A stretch of DNA of 64,000 bases, from assembly GCA_963815455.1 (NCBI GenBank), contig CAWFGO010000001.1, positions 992,001 through 1,056,000 of the forward strand, written 5' to 3'. Made by a program: the position numbers and the translations under genes. The notes beneath the pieces were generated by a model. The model searched no databases, was not told the DNA's origin, and saw only the letters and a program-made list of their open reading frames with translations. The stretch is from an uncultured Verrucomicrobiae bacterium (lineage in GTDB: Bacteria; Verrucomicrobiota; Verrucomicrobiia; Chthoniobacterales; UBA10450). Below, one piece after another: positions 27,423 to 36,685 of this stretch. Every line of letters begins with the position of its first letter. Position 1 is the stretch's first letter.

Positions 27423-27488
27423 TTCTGCATTAGCTTTTTGAATGCGGCCCGGCCATCTTCGTCGAAGTCTACCAACAAGGAGTTCGAT

Positions 27489-27872
27489 ATGAGGAATTTT
27501 TTCTTAACGATGGTGATCGGCTGCGGCCTGGTTGTTGCAGGGGTTTCAGCCTCAGCGAGCGATACTGACCAAACTAATTACCGACTCGGGCTGACCTGGC
27601 CGTGGTCGCACGGGCTCCAGGAAGAAATCAATCATCTCAATCGCATGCGCGGGCATGTTCGCTGGCAACTCCGCAATTACAAAGGGAATCGAGAAGTCCG
27701 TCGCGATTTTTTTCGCGTTTCCCACGACATCGACCAGATCAACGCTCGCTTCCGGTCGAGTGACCGCAATCGGCGCCGTCTTCGGCACGACGTTGAACGC
27801 GCCCATGTCGAGCTGCATCGGATCGAGATCGCTTTGCACGTTAAAGCGCGTGATTTGTATCCCTGGCGGTAA
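27489..27872 (+). CDS. Small secreted Arg-rich helical hypothetical protein
   Basis: AAGGAG RBS, signal peptide. Confidence 0.6.
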   Translation: MRNFFLTMVIGCGLVVAGVSASASDTDQTNYRLGLTWPWSHGLQEEINHLNRMRGHVRWQLRNYKGNREVRRDFFRVSHDIDQINARFRSSDRNRRRLRHDVERAHVELHRIEIALHVKARDLYPWR

Positions 27873-27915
27873 CGATCTTCAAAGCATCGAGCGACGGAGC
27901 GCTCGATCCACCTTC

Positions 27916-28530
27916 TCAACTTAAGAACGGATTACTCCGTCGTTCCGCGCCAATCGTTGTCGACGGCCCGTGACCGCACAGCACGGTTACATTATCGCCC
28001 AGCGGAAATATCTTTTTCCTGATCCCGTCGATGAGAAGATCGACATCGCCGCCGGGCAAATCGCCGCGCCCGATGCTGCCGGCAAAAAGAACATCGCCAC
28101 CGATGAGCAGTTCGTCGTTTCGCGAGAAAAAGCAGAGGCTGCCGGGACAATGCCCGGGCACTTCGAGCACTTGCATTTCCAAGCCGAGAAATTGTCGGGC
28201 CGGCGTTTCTTCAATGAAAAAATCGGGCTGTGCCGGCTCAATCTCCAGTTCAAAGCCGAAGCCGCGGAAAAAATCGGGTTCGGAAATCATCGGCGCGGTG
28301 ACGGGATGACAGCCGATCTGGCATTTGAAGCGGCGTTTGATTTTGGCGACATCGGGAACGTGATCGAAATGCCCGTGGGTGAGGAGTAAGAGCTTGGGGT
28401 CGATATTGAGCGACTCGACCCAGGCGCAGGCGCCATCGGGCGCATCGAACAAAATCCAGCCCTCGGGCGCCTCGATGAGGTAGCAATTGGTCTCGAAGAT
28501 GCCGCCGCAGAAGCTCTTGTAAGTGATCAC
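27916..28530 (-). CDS. MBL-fold metallo-hydrolase (glyoxalase II-like)
   Basis: THGHFDH, PGHCPG, GDVLF, GHG. Confidence 0.92.
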   Translation of the reverse strand: MITYKSFCGGIFETNCYLIEAPEGWILFDAPDGACAWVESLNIDPKLLLLTHGHFDHVPDVAKIKRRFKCQIGCHPVTAPMISEPDFFRGFGFELEIEPAQPDFFIEETPARQFLGLEMQVLEVPGHCPGSLCFFSRNDELLIGGDVLFAGSIGRGDLPGGDVDLLIDGIRKKIFPLGDNVTVLCGHGPSTTIGAERRSNPFLS

Positions 28531-28773
28531 GCGTCCAGTGTAATCGCAGACGCGGATTCCGGCCAGAGCTGCCAAAAGTAACCAATTCTCCTATTAAAAG
28601 AGGCGAGAGGGCCCGATCCTAGCTAGCAATACGATACATCTGCGCACGGGACTTCTTACGATCTTTGAATGTTCCCGCCTGCCAATTGTCTCAACTCCTA
28701 CCATGTCGATCTTGCCTGTCCTATTGCGTTCCGGGCCGAACTCTGCCATGATTGCACTCCTCGTTCCAAGTCG

Positions 28774-30999
28774 ATGAAACAACTTCGTGCATTGCTGGCG
28801 GCTTCGGCCGTCGTTTTTGTCTTCGGGCTTAATCCTCAACTCGCCCTGGCCAAGTCGGATTCGGAGCAAATTGCCGTCTCCGTTGGCCGGCTCCTCGAGG
28901 AGGGCCATTACACCCACCAGCCGCTCAACGCCGAGGTCTCGAAGAAGTTTCTCCAGACCTATCTGGAAATGCTCGACTACAGCCACCTCTTTTTCACCCA
29001 AAAAGATGTCGATGCTCTGACCGCGAAATACGGCACTTCGCTGGGAGATGACGTTTTGCTGGGCAACCTGAAACCGGCCTACGAAATTTACGATCTTTAC
29101 ACCAAGCGCCTGGACGGCCGCGTGGCCAAGGTGAAGGAGCTGCTCAAACAGCCGTGGGATTTTAAGTCCACGGCGACGATTGAAGTGAGCCGCCAAAAAG
29201 CGCCCTGGCCGAAAAACGAAGCCGAGGCGGACGAACTCTGGCGCGGCCGGATCGAGAACGAGCTATTGCAGGAGAAGTTGAGCGAGCACCCGATCGAGCC
29301 GGGCCCGCAATTGGTCGCGCGCCGCTACGATCGAGTCGCCCGAAACGTTCACGACCAGGACAAGAACGAGCAATTGAAAATCTTCCTCGACGCGCTGGCC
29401 CAGACTTACGACCCGCACTCGGAATATCTGAGCAAGTCCGATCTGAAAAATTTCAGTATCAACATGGGGCTATCACTGGTCGGGATCGGCGCGATGCTGC
29501 GGACTGAAGACGGCTACGCCAAGATCGAGAGCCTCGTGCCCGGCGGTCCCGCCCAAAAAGACGGCAACTTGAAAGTCGGCGACCGGATCACGGCGGTCGC
29601 CCAAGGCTCGGCCGATTTTGTCGATGTTCGCGAGATGCGTCTGGACAAGGTCGTGGAAATGATTCGCGGCAAGAAAGGCACCCGGGTGCGCTTGCTGGTA
29701 ATTCCGGCGGACGCGGCCGATCCGTCCAAGCGCAAGAACATCGAGATCGTGCGCGATGAAATTAAGTTGAAGGATCAGGAAGCGCGCGCGGACATCATCA
29801 TCAGGAAAGACGACAACGGCAACCCGGTAAAGCTCGGCTGGCTCACTCTGCCGTCGTTCTACGCCGATATGGAGCGGCACCAGAAAAGCACAACCAAGGA
29901 TGTGCTCGCTTTGCTGAAGCGATTGAAAAAGGAAAATATCGCAGGCCTGGTTGTCGATCTTCGCCGCAACGGCGGCGGCTCGCTCGAGGAAGCGATCTCG
30001 TTGACCGGGCTGTTCTTGAAATCGGGTCCAATCGTGCAGACGAAAAATCCGAACGGCAACACTGTCGTATCAACCGATCCCGATCCGGGCATTGCCTACG
30101 CCGGACCGATGGTGGTCCTGACCAGCCGGCAGAGCGCCTCCGCCAGCGAAATTTTTGCGGCCGCTCTCCAGGATTACGGGCGCGCGGTGATCGTGGGCGA
30201 TGGCAGCACATTTGGCAAAGGCACCGTGCAGACGATCCTCGAGATTGGGCGATTCACTTCACTGCTCGGCAGCCGTTCCCAGGAAGACGGCGCGCTCAAA
30301 CTGACCATCCAGAAATTTTACCGTGTCGCCGGCGGCTCGACTCAGCTTCACGGGGTGACCTCCGATATCGTTTTGCCGAGCCTGACCGACCTGCCCGAAG
30401 TCGTGGGCGAAGGCGCGCTGAAGAATTGCCTCCCTTACGACGAAGTGCCCAAGGCCAGGTACACCAAATGGTCGGATAGCCACTCGCTTTTCATCGACCA
30501 ATTGAAACGGCGCTCGGCCGAACGAACGCAAGCCAGTCCGGAATTTCACTACGTGATGGAAGATCTGGAGCGTTTGCGCCAAAAGCTCGCCGATAATCGG
30601 ATATCGCTGAACGAAGATGTGCGGCGCAAAGAGCTGCAGGATGAAAAGACCCGCAAAGAATCGCGCTCCAAAGAGCGCCTCGCCCGCCACGAAGAAGAAC
30701 CGCGCATCTACCGCGTAACCCTCGACACCGTGGACAAGCCGAACCTGCAATTGGTCATGTATCCCGGTAAGCTGGCCGCGGCGAAGAAGAATGGCGTGGC
30801 CCAAAAAGTTTCGCCCGAAGCGGCGGACGATGCCGATCCGGACGCGATCGGCGGGGCCGATGACAACACCAAGGAACCGGCCGTCGATCCCGAGCGCGAC
30901 GAAGCGCTCAATATTCTGGCTGACCTTGTCGATCTTACCAAGGGCCCGAAGACCGCGAGCACGAACGTCGTCGAAAAAGCGCCAGTCCAGCGGCCGTAA
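28774..30999 (+). CDS. prc: Carboxy-terminal processing protease (S41, Prc/Tsp)
   Basis: DPHSEY, PDZ GIGA, DLRRNGGG, SASASEI, FGKGTVQ. Confidence 0.92.
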   Translation: MKQLRALLAASAVVFVFGLNPQLALAKSDSEQIAVSVGRLLEEGHYTHQPLNAEVSKKFLQTYLEMLDYSHLFFTQKDVDALTAKYGTSLGDDVLLGNLKPAYEIYDLYTKRLDGRVAKVKELLKQPWDFKSTATIEVSRQKAPWPKNEAEADELWRGRIENELLQEKLSEHPIEPGPQLVARRYDRVARNVHDQDKNEQLKIFLDALAQTYDPHSEYLSKSDLKNFSINMGLSLVGIGAMLRTEDGYAKIESLVPGGPAQKDGNLKVGDRITAVAQGSADFVDVREMRLDKVVEMIRGKKGTRVRLLVIPADAADPSKRKNIEIVRDEIKLKDQEARADIIIRKDDNGNPVKLGWLTLPSFYADMERHQKSTTKDVLALLKRLKKENIAGLVVDLRRNGGGSLEEAISLTGLFLKSGPIVQTKNPNGNTVVSTDPDPGIAYAGPMVVLTSRQSASASEIFAAALQDYGRAVIVGDGSTFGKGTVQTILEIGRFTSLLGSRSQEDGALKLTIQKFYRVAGGSTQLHGVTSDIVLPSLTDLPEVVGEGALKNCLPYDEVPKARYTKWSDSHSLFIDQLKRRSAERTQASPEFHYVMEDLERLRQKLADNRISLNEDVRRKELQDEKTRKESRSKERLARHEEEPRIYRVTLDTVDKPNLQLVMYPGKLAAAKKNGVAQKVSPEAADDADPDAIGGADDNTKEPAVDPERDEALNILADLVDLTKGPKTASTNVVEKAPVQRP

Positions 31000-31073
31000 A
31001 GCTGATCGCACCGCGATCTTTCTCTCCACACGGTTCGCTTTCCAAGTCGGACGCGGCTGTTTAATGTTTGCCC

Positions 31074-33911
31074 ATGCGGTCTCGCCTCAGCCGAAGTGTC
31101 CTTTTGAATCGGGCTGTGGCCTTTGCCGTTTTCGCGGTCGCAGTGACCGCGCTAGCGCAGCAAAATCCGCCGGCCGCAGGAACCGGAGCTGATTTTGCGA
31201 GCCTTTATTCCAAGGCGATGGCGGAATTTCAGGCCGGCGATTACGCCAAAGCCGCAGCCGATCTTGATGCGCTGCTGACCAAGGCGGAGTTTAATCCGCA
31301 GCTCGAGCCGGCCTTTTTTACTCTCGGCTCCGCCTGGTTCAACGCCGGCGATTACAAGAAAGCGATCGTCGCATTCAAAAATTATCAGGCAAAATTTCCG
31401 AGCGGACCGCACTCCGGCGACGCAGCCTACGGCATCGCCCAATCGAATTTGCTGAGCAAGAATTACGCGGAAGCGGCTGCTCAGTTTACGGCACTCGAGA
31501 AAGATCCGCATTACCGCGACCAGGCATTGTTCTTCGCCGCCACTACCAGCAAGGAAGCCGGCAAGATCGATCAAGCGATCGCGACCCTGGAAAAACTGGT
31601 CGGCGCGGAATTGAAAACGCCCGTGGGCGTTCGCGGGGCGATCCTTCTGGCCCAACTGTACGTCCAAAAAGGCGATGCCGACAAAACGATCGCTCTGATC
31701 AAGAAAATCCACGAACGGATCGGGCTGGTAGAAAACCTGGTCGAGCTGAACGGGCTCACGGTTCAATTAGGCGACAAGCTCTTCGAAAAGAAGCTCTACG
31801 ACGGCGCGCTCGAATGTTACCGCGCCGCTTATCCGCGGGAGCAACTCATCCGGGCCCAGAACGATCGCCTCACCCGGATGCAGCAGCGGATCGACGACGA
31901 TCTGGCTGCGGCCCGGCGCGATCCGTCGCAGTTCGGACAAATCGCCACCGCCATCAATCAGCTCAAGATCGACATGGCGCGCACCCGTAAGTTACTGGAA
32001 GATTTTGAGAAGCTGCCATCGATCACGCCGGCCATTTACACGCGTATGGCCCGATGCTTTTCCGAAACCGACCACAAATGGGAGGCGGTCGTTGTTTATC
32101 AAGAGCTGTTCGATCGCTTCCCCCAGATTCCCGAGCGCGAGTCGGTGCTGTTTGGTCAGATCGTGTCCCTGGCGGACGTGAACCAGGGAAAAAAAGCGGA
32201 GGCGCTGTGCGAACAATATCTGCGCGAATTCAAGAATGGCCCGAACGCGGAGACGGTCGGCTACATGCTCGGCGCAGTCGCGCTTCAGGCGAACGATGCC
32301 GAGACGGCGGCGTCGCATTTTGTCCAGATGCTGGAGACGCAACAGAAGAGCAATTTTCGCGAACAGATGCGTTACCTGCTCGGTAACGCCAGGTTCATGC
32401 AGGGCAAATACGACGAGGCGATCGCCGAATACAAAAAGTATCTGACCGAATTTCCGCAAGGTCCAAGTATCGAGGACGTGAACTACCGCCTGGCGCTGAC
32501 CGCGCTTTTTTCCGGCAAGTACAAGGAAGCCATGGACGAGCTGAATGGTTATCTGAAGAAATATCCGCAGGGGCATTACGTGGCCGATGCCAAATACCGG
32601 CTCGCGGTTTGCAAGTATGCCGCTTCGCTTTACGACGAAGTGGTGACGGATTGCCAGGCGTGGGAGAAAGAGTTCGGGAATCATCAGCAGCTCGGCGAGG
32701 TCCTCGCGCTCCAGGGTGACGCGCTCGCGGCCAGCGACCACCCGAGTGAAGCCACCGACATCTACATCCGATCATACAAGACAGCGACGACGGATGAAGT
32801 GACGAATTATTCGCTCTTTGCCGCGAGCAAGCTTCTGCAAAAAAGCGGCGACTGGGACAAGGTGGCCGAGCTTTTCCAGGGTTTCATCGAGGAGAAACCC
32901 GACAGTCCCACTTTTCTTTCCGCGCTCTACTGGGTCGCAAAAGCCAAGGCGCACGAAGGAAAACTTGATGAAGCCAAACAAATCACTGCCGATGCGATCA
33001 AAAAGGGCATCGCCGATCCGCATCGCGAAAAAGTGGAATTGCTGCTCACGCAGTTAGCCCAGTTGTGCACGAAGAAAAGCAAGACCGAGGCGCCAGACGA
33101 AAATCCAGGATCGACATCGCCTCCCGATCCCGGCGCCGAGCTGGATGCGTTGCTCGGCTCCAGCGAAAAAGATCAAAATGCCACTGCGCGAGCCCGGATC
33201 ATTTTTGCCCGGGCGGAACTGGCGCGGCTTCGCCGGCAACCGGCCGAAGAGGAAAAAAACATCGCGCGTTTGGCAGAAGAGTTTAAGCCGGACGATTTGA
33301 GCGCGCTCCTGCTGGGCCGGGCCGGCGATTATCTGCTGAGCAAACAAAATTTGGATCAAGCGGCGCGTTTTTATCAGCGATTAATAGATGAATTCCCTAA
33401 GAGTGATCACTTGGATTTCGGTTACAACGGCCTGGGCGAAATTGCGTTCCAGAAAAAAGATCTGTCTGAAGCGCTGCATTATTTCTCCGATGGCGCGGAC
33501 AAATTGAATCCGTCGCTCAAGCTCAAGGACCTCACGGTGGGCAAAGCGAAAACGCTGCTGGCGATGGATAAACTGGATGAAGCCAAGAAAGCGTTCGAAC
33601 AAGTTGCTTCGGTCCGGGAATGGCGGGGCGAATCGACTGCGTTCAGCGTCTATTCGCTGGGTGACATCGAAGCCAGACGCGGCCACTGGGCCGAAGCCAA
33701 CGCTTATTTTCAGCGCGTTTACGTGGCCTATCGGAAATTCCTGCCCTGGGTGGCGAAAGCTTATATCCGCAGCGGAGAGAGTTTCGAAAAACTCGGCAAA
33801 CCGCAGGAAGCGGCGAACACGTATCGCGAACTGCTGCGCAACGAGAAGCTGTCGGATTTTTCGGAAGCGGTCGAAGCGCGAAAACGTTTGGAGGCGATGG
33901 GACAGGGATGA
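31074..33911 (+). CDS. Large exported TPR-repeat protein
   Basis: Signal peptide, many TPR-like helical repeats ending Y/FP. Confidence 0.85.
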   Translation: MRSRLSRSVLLNRAVAFAVFAVAVTALAQQNPPAAGTGADFASLYSKAMAEFQAGDYAKAAADLDALLTKAEFNPQLEPAFFTLGSAWFNAGDYKKAIVAFKNYQAKFPSGPHSGDAAYGIAQSNLLSKNYAEAAAQFTALEKDPHYRDQALFFAATTSKEAGKIDQAIATLEKLVGAELKTPVGVRGAILLAQLYVQKGDADKTIALIKKIHERIGLVENLVELNGLTVQLGDKLFEKKLYDGALECYRAAYPREQLIRAQNDRLTRMQQRIDDDLAAARRDPSQFGQIATAINQLKIDMARTRKLLEDFEKLPSITPAIYTRMARCFSETDHKWEAVVVYQELFDRFPQIPERESVLFGQIVSLADVNQGKKAEALCEQYLREFKNGPNAETVGYMLGAVALQANDAETAASHFVQMLETQQKSNFREQMRYLLGNARFMQGKYDEAIAEYKKYLTEFPQGPSIEDVNYRLALTALFSGKYKEAMDELNGYLKKYPQGHYVADAKYRLAVCKYAASLYDEVVTDCQAWEKEFGNHQQLGEVLALQGDALAASDHPSEATDIYIRSYKTATTDEVTNYSLFAASKLLQKSGDWDKVAELFQGFIEEKPDSPTFLSALYWVAKAKAHEGKLDEAKQITADAIKKGIADPHREKVELLLTQLAQLCTKKSKTEAPDENPGSTSPPDPGAELDALLGSSEKDQNATARARIIFARAELARLRRQPAEEEKNIARLAEEFKPDDLSALLLGRAGDYLLSKQNLDQAARFYQRLIDEFPKSDHLDFGYNGLGEIAFQKKDLSEALHYFSDGADKLNPSLKLKDLTVGKAKTLLAMDKLDEAKKAFEQVASVREWRGESTAFSVYSLGDIEARRGHWAEANAYFQRVYVAYRKFLPWVAKAYIRSGESFEKLGKPQEAANTYRELLRNEKLSDFSEAVEARKRLEAMGQG

Positions 33912-34786
33912 AACAGAATTGCGGATTTCGGATTGCGGACTGCGGATTGTCGATCTTGCGACGAGTCATGCTCATGTTCGTGCTCATGCTCATGATCGAT
34001 GCCTCAGCATTCGCTCAATCCATCATTCTCAAGACCGGGCAGAAAATCGTTACCCTTGGAGTCCGCCGAGACGGTGGCCTCGTGATGGGAAAAGTGCAGG
34101 TCGGCAGCGGCAGTGGCGAAATCGGATACAAAGTCGAGCAGATCGCCAAGATTGAATTCCCGGAGCCGGGCGCGTTCAAAACCGCCTCGGACTTACTGAC
34201 CCAGGGACAACCGGCCAAGGCACTCGCCGAAATCGATCCGGTGGTGAAGTATTACGAACCGTTCAAGGAAATCCCCGGCGCATGGTGGGGACAGGCGGCG
34301 GCCATCAAGGTCTCGGTGCTCTCGGCGCTTCACCGCGAGGCCGAAGGCGAAACGCTGACAAACCAAATCCAAAAGACGATCACGGATTCTGAAACGGGGC
34401 GCTCGGTCCAGCTTCAACTGGCCGCGGGTCTGATCCGGAAAAAAGAGTTCGAAAAAGCGATTGCGATTTGCGACACTGCCATTGCCCAGAGCAACGATTC
34501 GTCGGTCCTGGCGGAAGCGTGGACCAAAAAAGGCGATGCGCTGCTCGCCCAAAGACAATTCGATGCTGCGCTGCTCGCCTATCTGCATGTTCCCGTTTTT
34601 TATGATGACGAAAAATCGTTTGTGCCGGCGGCGTTGCTGGGAAGCGCGCGGGCCTATGCGCGGTTGGACGACACGGAAAGAGCAAGGAAATCGCTGAATG
34701 AACTAGTCGCCGCGTATCCGAAATCGGCCGAGGCGGCGGTGGCCCAAACCGAATTGCAGAAACTGCCGAGCCCCGGCCAGGAATGA
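33908..34786 (+). CDS. Exported TPR-repeat protein
   Basis: Signal peptide, ALLAYLHVPVFY, YPKS. Confidence 0.8.
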   Translation: MKQNCGFRIADCGLSILRRVMLMFVLMLMIDASAFAQSIILKTGQKIVTLGVRRDGGLVMGKVQVGSGSGEIGYKVEQIAKIEFPEPGAFKTASDLLTQGQPAKALAEIDPVVKYYEPFKEIPGAWWGQAAAIKVSVLSALHREAEGETLTNQIQKTITDSETGRSVQLQLAAGLIRKKEFEKAIAICDTAIAQSNDSSVLAEAWTKKGDALLAQRQFDAALLAYLHVPVFYDDEKSFVPAALLGSARAYARLDDTERARKSLNELVAAYPKSAEAAVAQTELQKLPSPGQE

Positions 34787-35640
34787 AAATGAGATCTCTA
34801 AAAACACTTATGAAAACACGCGCGCCCCATCTCATTGCCCTGATCTTCGTTGGCCTGTCGATCTTCGCCACGCCGGCGCTTGCCCAATCGCCGCCGGCCG
34901 GCGCGGCCGCCGAAGGAGTGCATTCCAAAACGCTCTGGGCCCAGATAAAGGAAGGCGGCTGGGTCATGATCCCGATCGCCCTCTTATCGGTCGCGACTCT
35001 ATATTTGATCGTCGATGGCGTGATGCGCACTGCGCCTGCGCGGGTCGCACCGCCCGGGCACGAAGAGAGATTGAAGGAACTTTTTCGCCACGGCGATTAC
35101 ATTGGCGCCTACAAATATTGCAAAGATAATCCGTCCGCGTTGACCAACGTTTTGCGCGTCGGGATCGGATTATTGGGTGAAGGCAAACAAATCGCCGAGG
35201 ACGGCATGGTCGGACAACTGGCCAAGGAAAACTCAGCCATGCAAACTTACATCAGCTATTTGTCGGTAATCGGCGTTTGCGCGCCGATGATCGGCCTCCT
35301 CGGCACCGTGACGGGAATGATCAAGGCTTTTGCCAAGCTCGGATCGTCCGGCATCGGCGATCCCTCGGGATTATCGGCGGCAATCGGCGAAGTGCTGGTG
35401 GCGACTGCGAGCGGTTTGTTCATCGCGATTCCGGCGTTCATCGCTTTTTATTTCCTGCGGAACCGGGCCACGGCATCGCTTCATCACATTCAGGACAGTA
35501 TTAACAGTTTATTCCGGAAAATGCCCTACGAATCGCTGGCCGGCGTTCATCTGGGCGAGGAAGAATTGTATGCGGCGATTCCGAACTGGCTGGTCCAACC
35601 GAAAGGCTCGGGGCAGACCGGAAAGATCGTGAACAGCTAA
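34783..35640 (+). CDS. exbB: MotA/TolQ/ExbB proton channel protein
   Basis: APMIGLLGTVTGMI, IGEVLVATASGL.IAIP. Confidence 0.88.
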   Translation: MKMRSLKTLMKTRAPHLIALIFVGLSIFATPALAQSPPAGAAAEGVHSKTLWAQIKEGGWVMIPIALLSVATLYLIVDGVMRTAPARVAPPGHEERLKELFRHGDYIGAYKYCKDNPSALTNVLRVGIGLLGEGKQIAEDGMVGQLAKENSAMQTYISYLSVIGVCAPMIGLLGTVTGMIKAFAKLGSSGIGDPSGLSAAIGEVLVATASGLFIAIPAFIAFYFLRNRATASLHHIQDSINSLFRKMPYESLAGVHLGEEELYAAIPNWLVQPKGSGQTGKIVNS

Positions 35641-35768
35641 TGAATCCTAATGAGCACATATCTGTCGGCTTCGGCGCGGGAAGCTGTCAGCTTCCCCTAC
35701 AGGCCTCTCGATTCGAATTCATGTTTATTGACGTGCATTCGTGGTTCAAACAATAGGATCGACATCGT

Positions 35769-36230
35769 ATGGCTGCTGGCGCAGGAGGAATTGAATCGGG
35801 CGAACCTGAATTCCAGGTCGCGCCGATGATCGATGTGTTGCTGGTGATTCTCGTCTTTTTCATGACGATCACGTCGGCGGCAGTCTTGAAAGTCGACAAG
35901 ACCATCTCGTTGCCGGTCGCGCCCAATGCGCAGAAAAAAGATAACTCGCGCGCCGAGGCGGTGGTGAATGTGCGCTGGCAGCCGGCGACAAAAAAGGCGG
36001 CATTCGTTTTTGACGATCGGGTTTATCCGCAAGCGTCGGCGATGCTGGAACAGCTCAAAGCCGCCCGAATCACCGGCGAAAAAAAGGTGAGCGGCACGGC
36101 CAACCCGACCTTTCGCGCCGTGATCCGGGGCGACCGCGATGTGCCTGCGATTTATGTTTCGCAGGCGATGAACGCCTGCGCCGAGGCCGGCATCACCGAC
36201 ATTTCATTTTCGGCAGTGAACAAGGAGTAA
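35769..36230 (+). CDS. exbD: ExbD/TolR family protein
   Basis: APMIDVLLVILVFFM, IRGD. Confidence 0.88.
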   Translation: MAAGAGGIESGEPEFQVAPMIDVLLVILVFFMTITSAAVLKVDKTISLPVAPNAQKKDNSRAEAVVNVRWQPATKKAAFVFDDRVYPQASAMLEQLKAARITGEKKVSGTANPTFRAVIRGDRDVPAIYVSQAMNACAEAGITDISFSAVNKE

Positions 36231-36677
36231 TTGATGCGACTGGAGCTTGATCAAGGCCAGAGCAATTTCGGTTTTCAAATTGCGCCGATGATCGACGTCG
36301 TCTTTGTGATCATGCTTTTTTTTATGGTCATGGCCGGTGCGGTGAAGGTTGAAAACGAATTGAACAGCCAACTACCCGGGGTCGCGGAAACCGAGAGCAG
36401 CACTGATTTTGTCGATGAACAGATCATCGCCATCTCCGATGCGGGTGAGGTGAGCTTAAACGACGAGCCATTCGATTCGCCCCAGAGCAAAGATTTGCCG
36501 CAATTGAAAGCAACCCTGATTCGGCTAAAGCAAAATGCGGACGCAGCGAAAGCGCCGGCCGTCGTCACCATCATCAGCGACGAGCAAGCCAAATACAGCC
36601 GGGCCATCGACGTGCTCGACGCGTTGGCGGTCGCGAAGATCGACAACGTCACCTTTACGATCAATGAAGAGGAATAA
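36231..36677 (+). CDS. exbD: ExbD/TolR family protein (second)
   Basis: APMIDVVFVIMLFFM. Confidence 0.88.
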   Translation: MMRLELDQGQSNFGFQIAPMIDVVFVIMLFFMVMAGAVKVENELNSQLPGVAETESSTDFVDEQIIAISDAGEVSLNDEPFDSPQSKDLPQLKATLIRLKQNADAAKAPAVVTIISDEQAKYSRAIDVLDALAVAKIDNVTFTINEEE

Positions 36678-36685
36678 GACGATCT

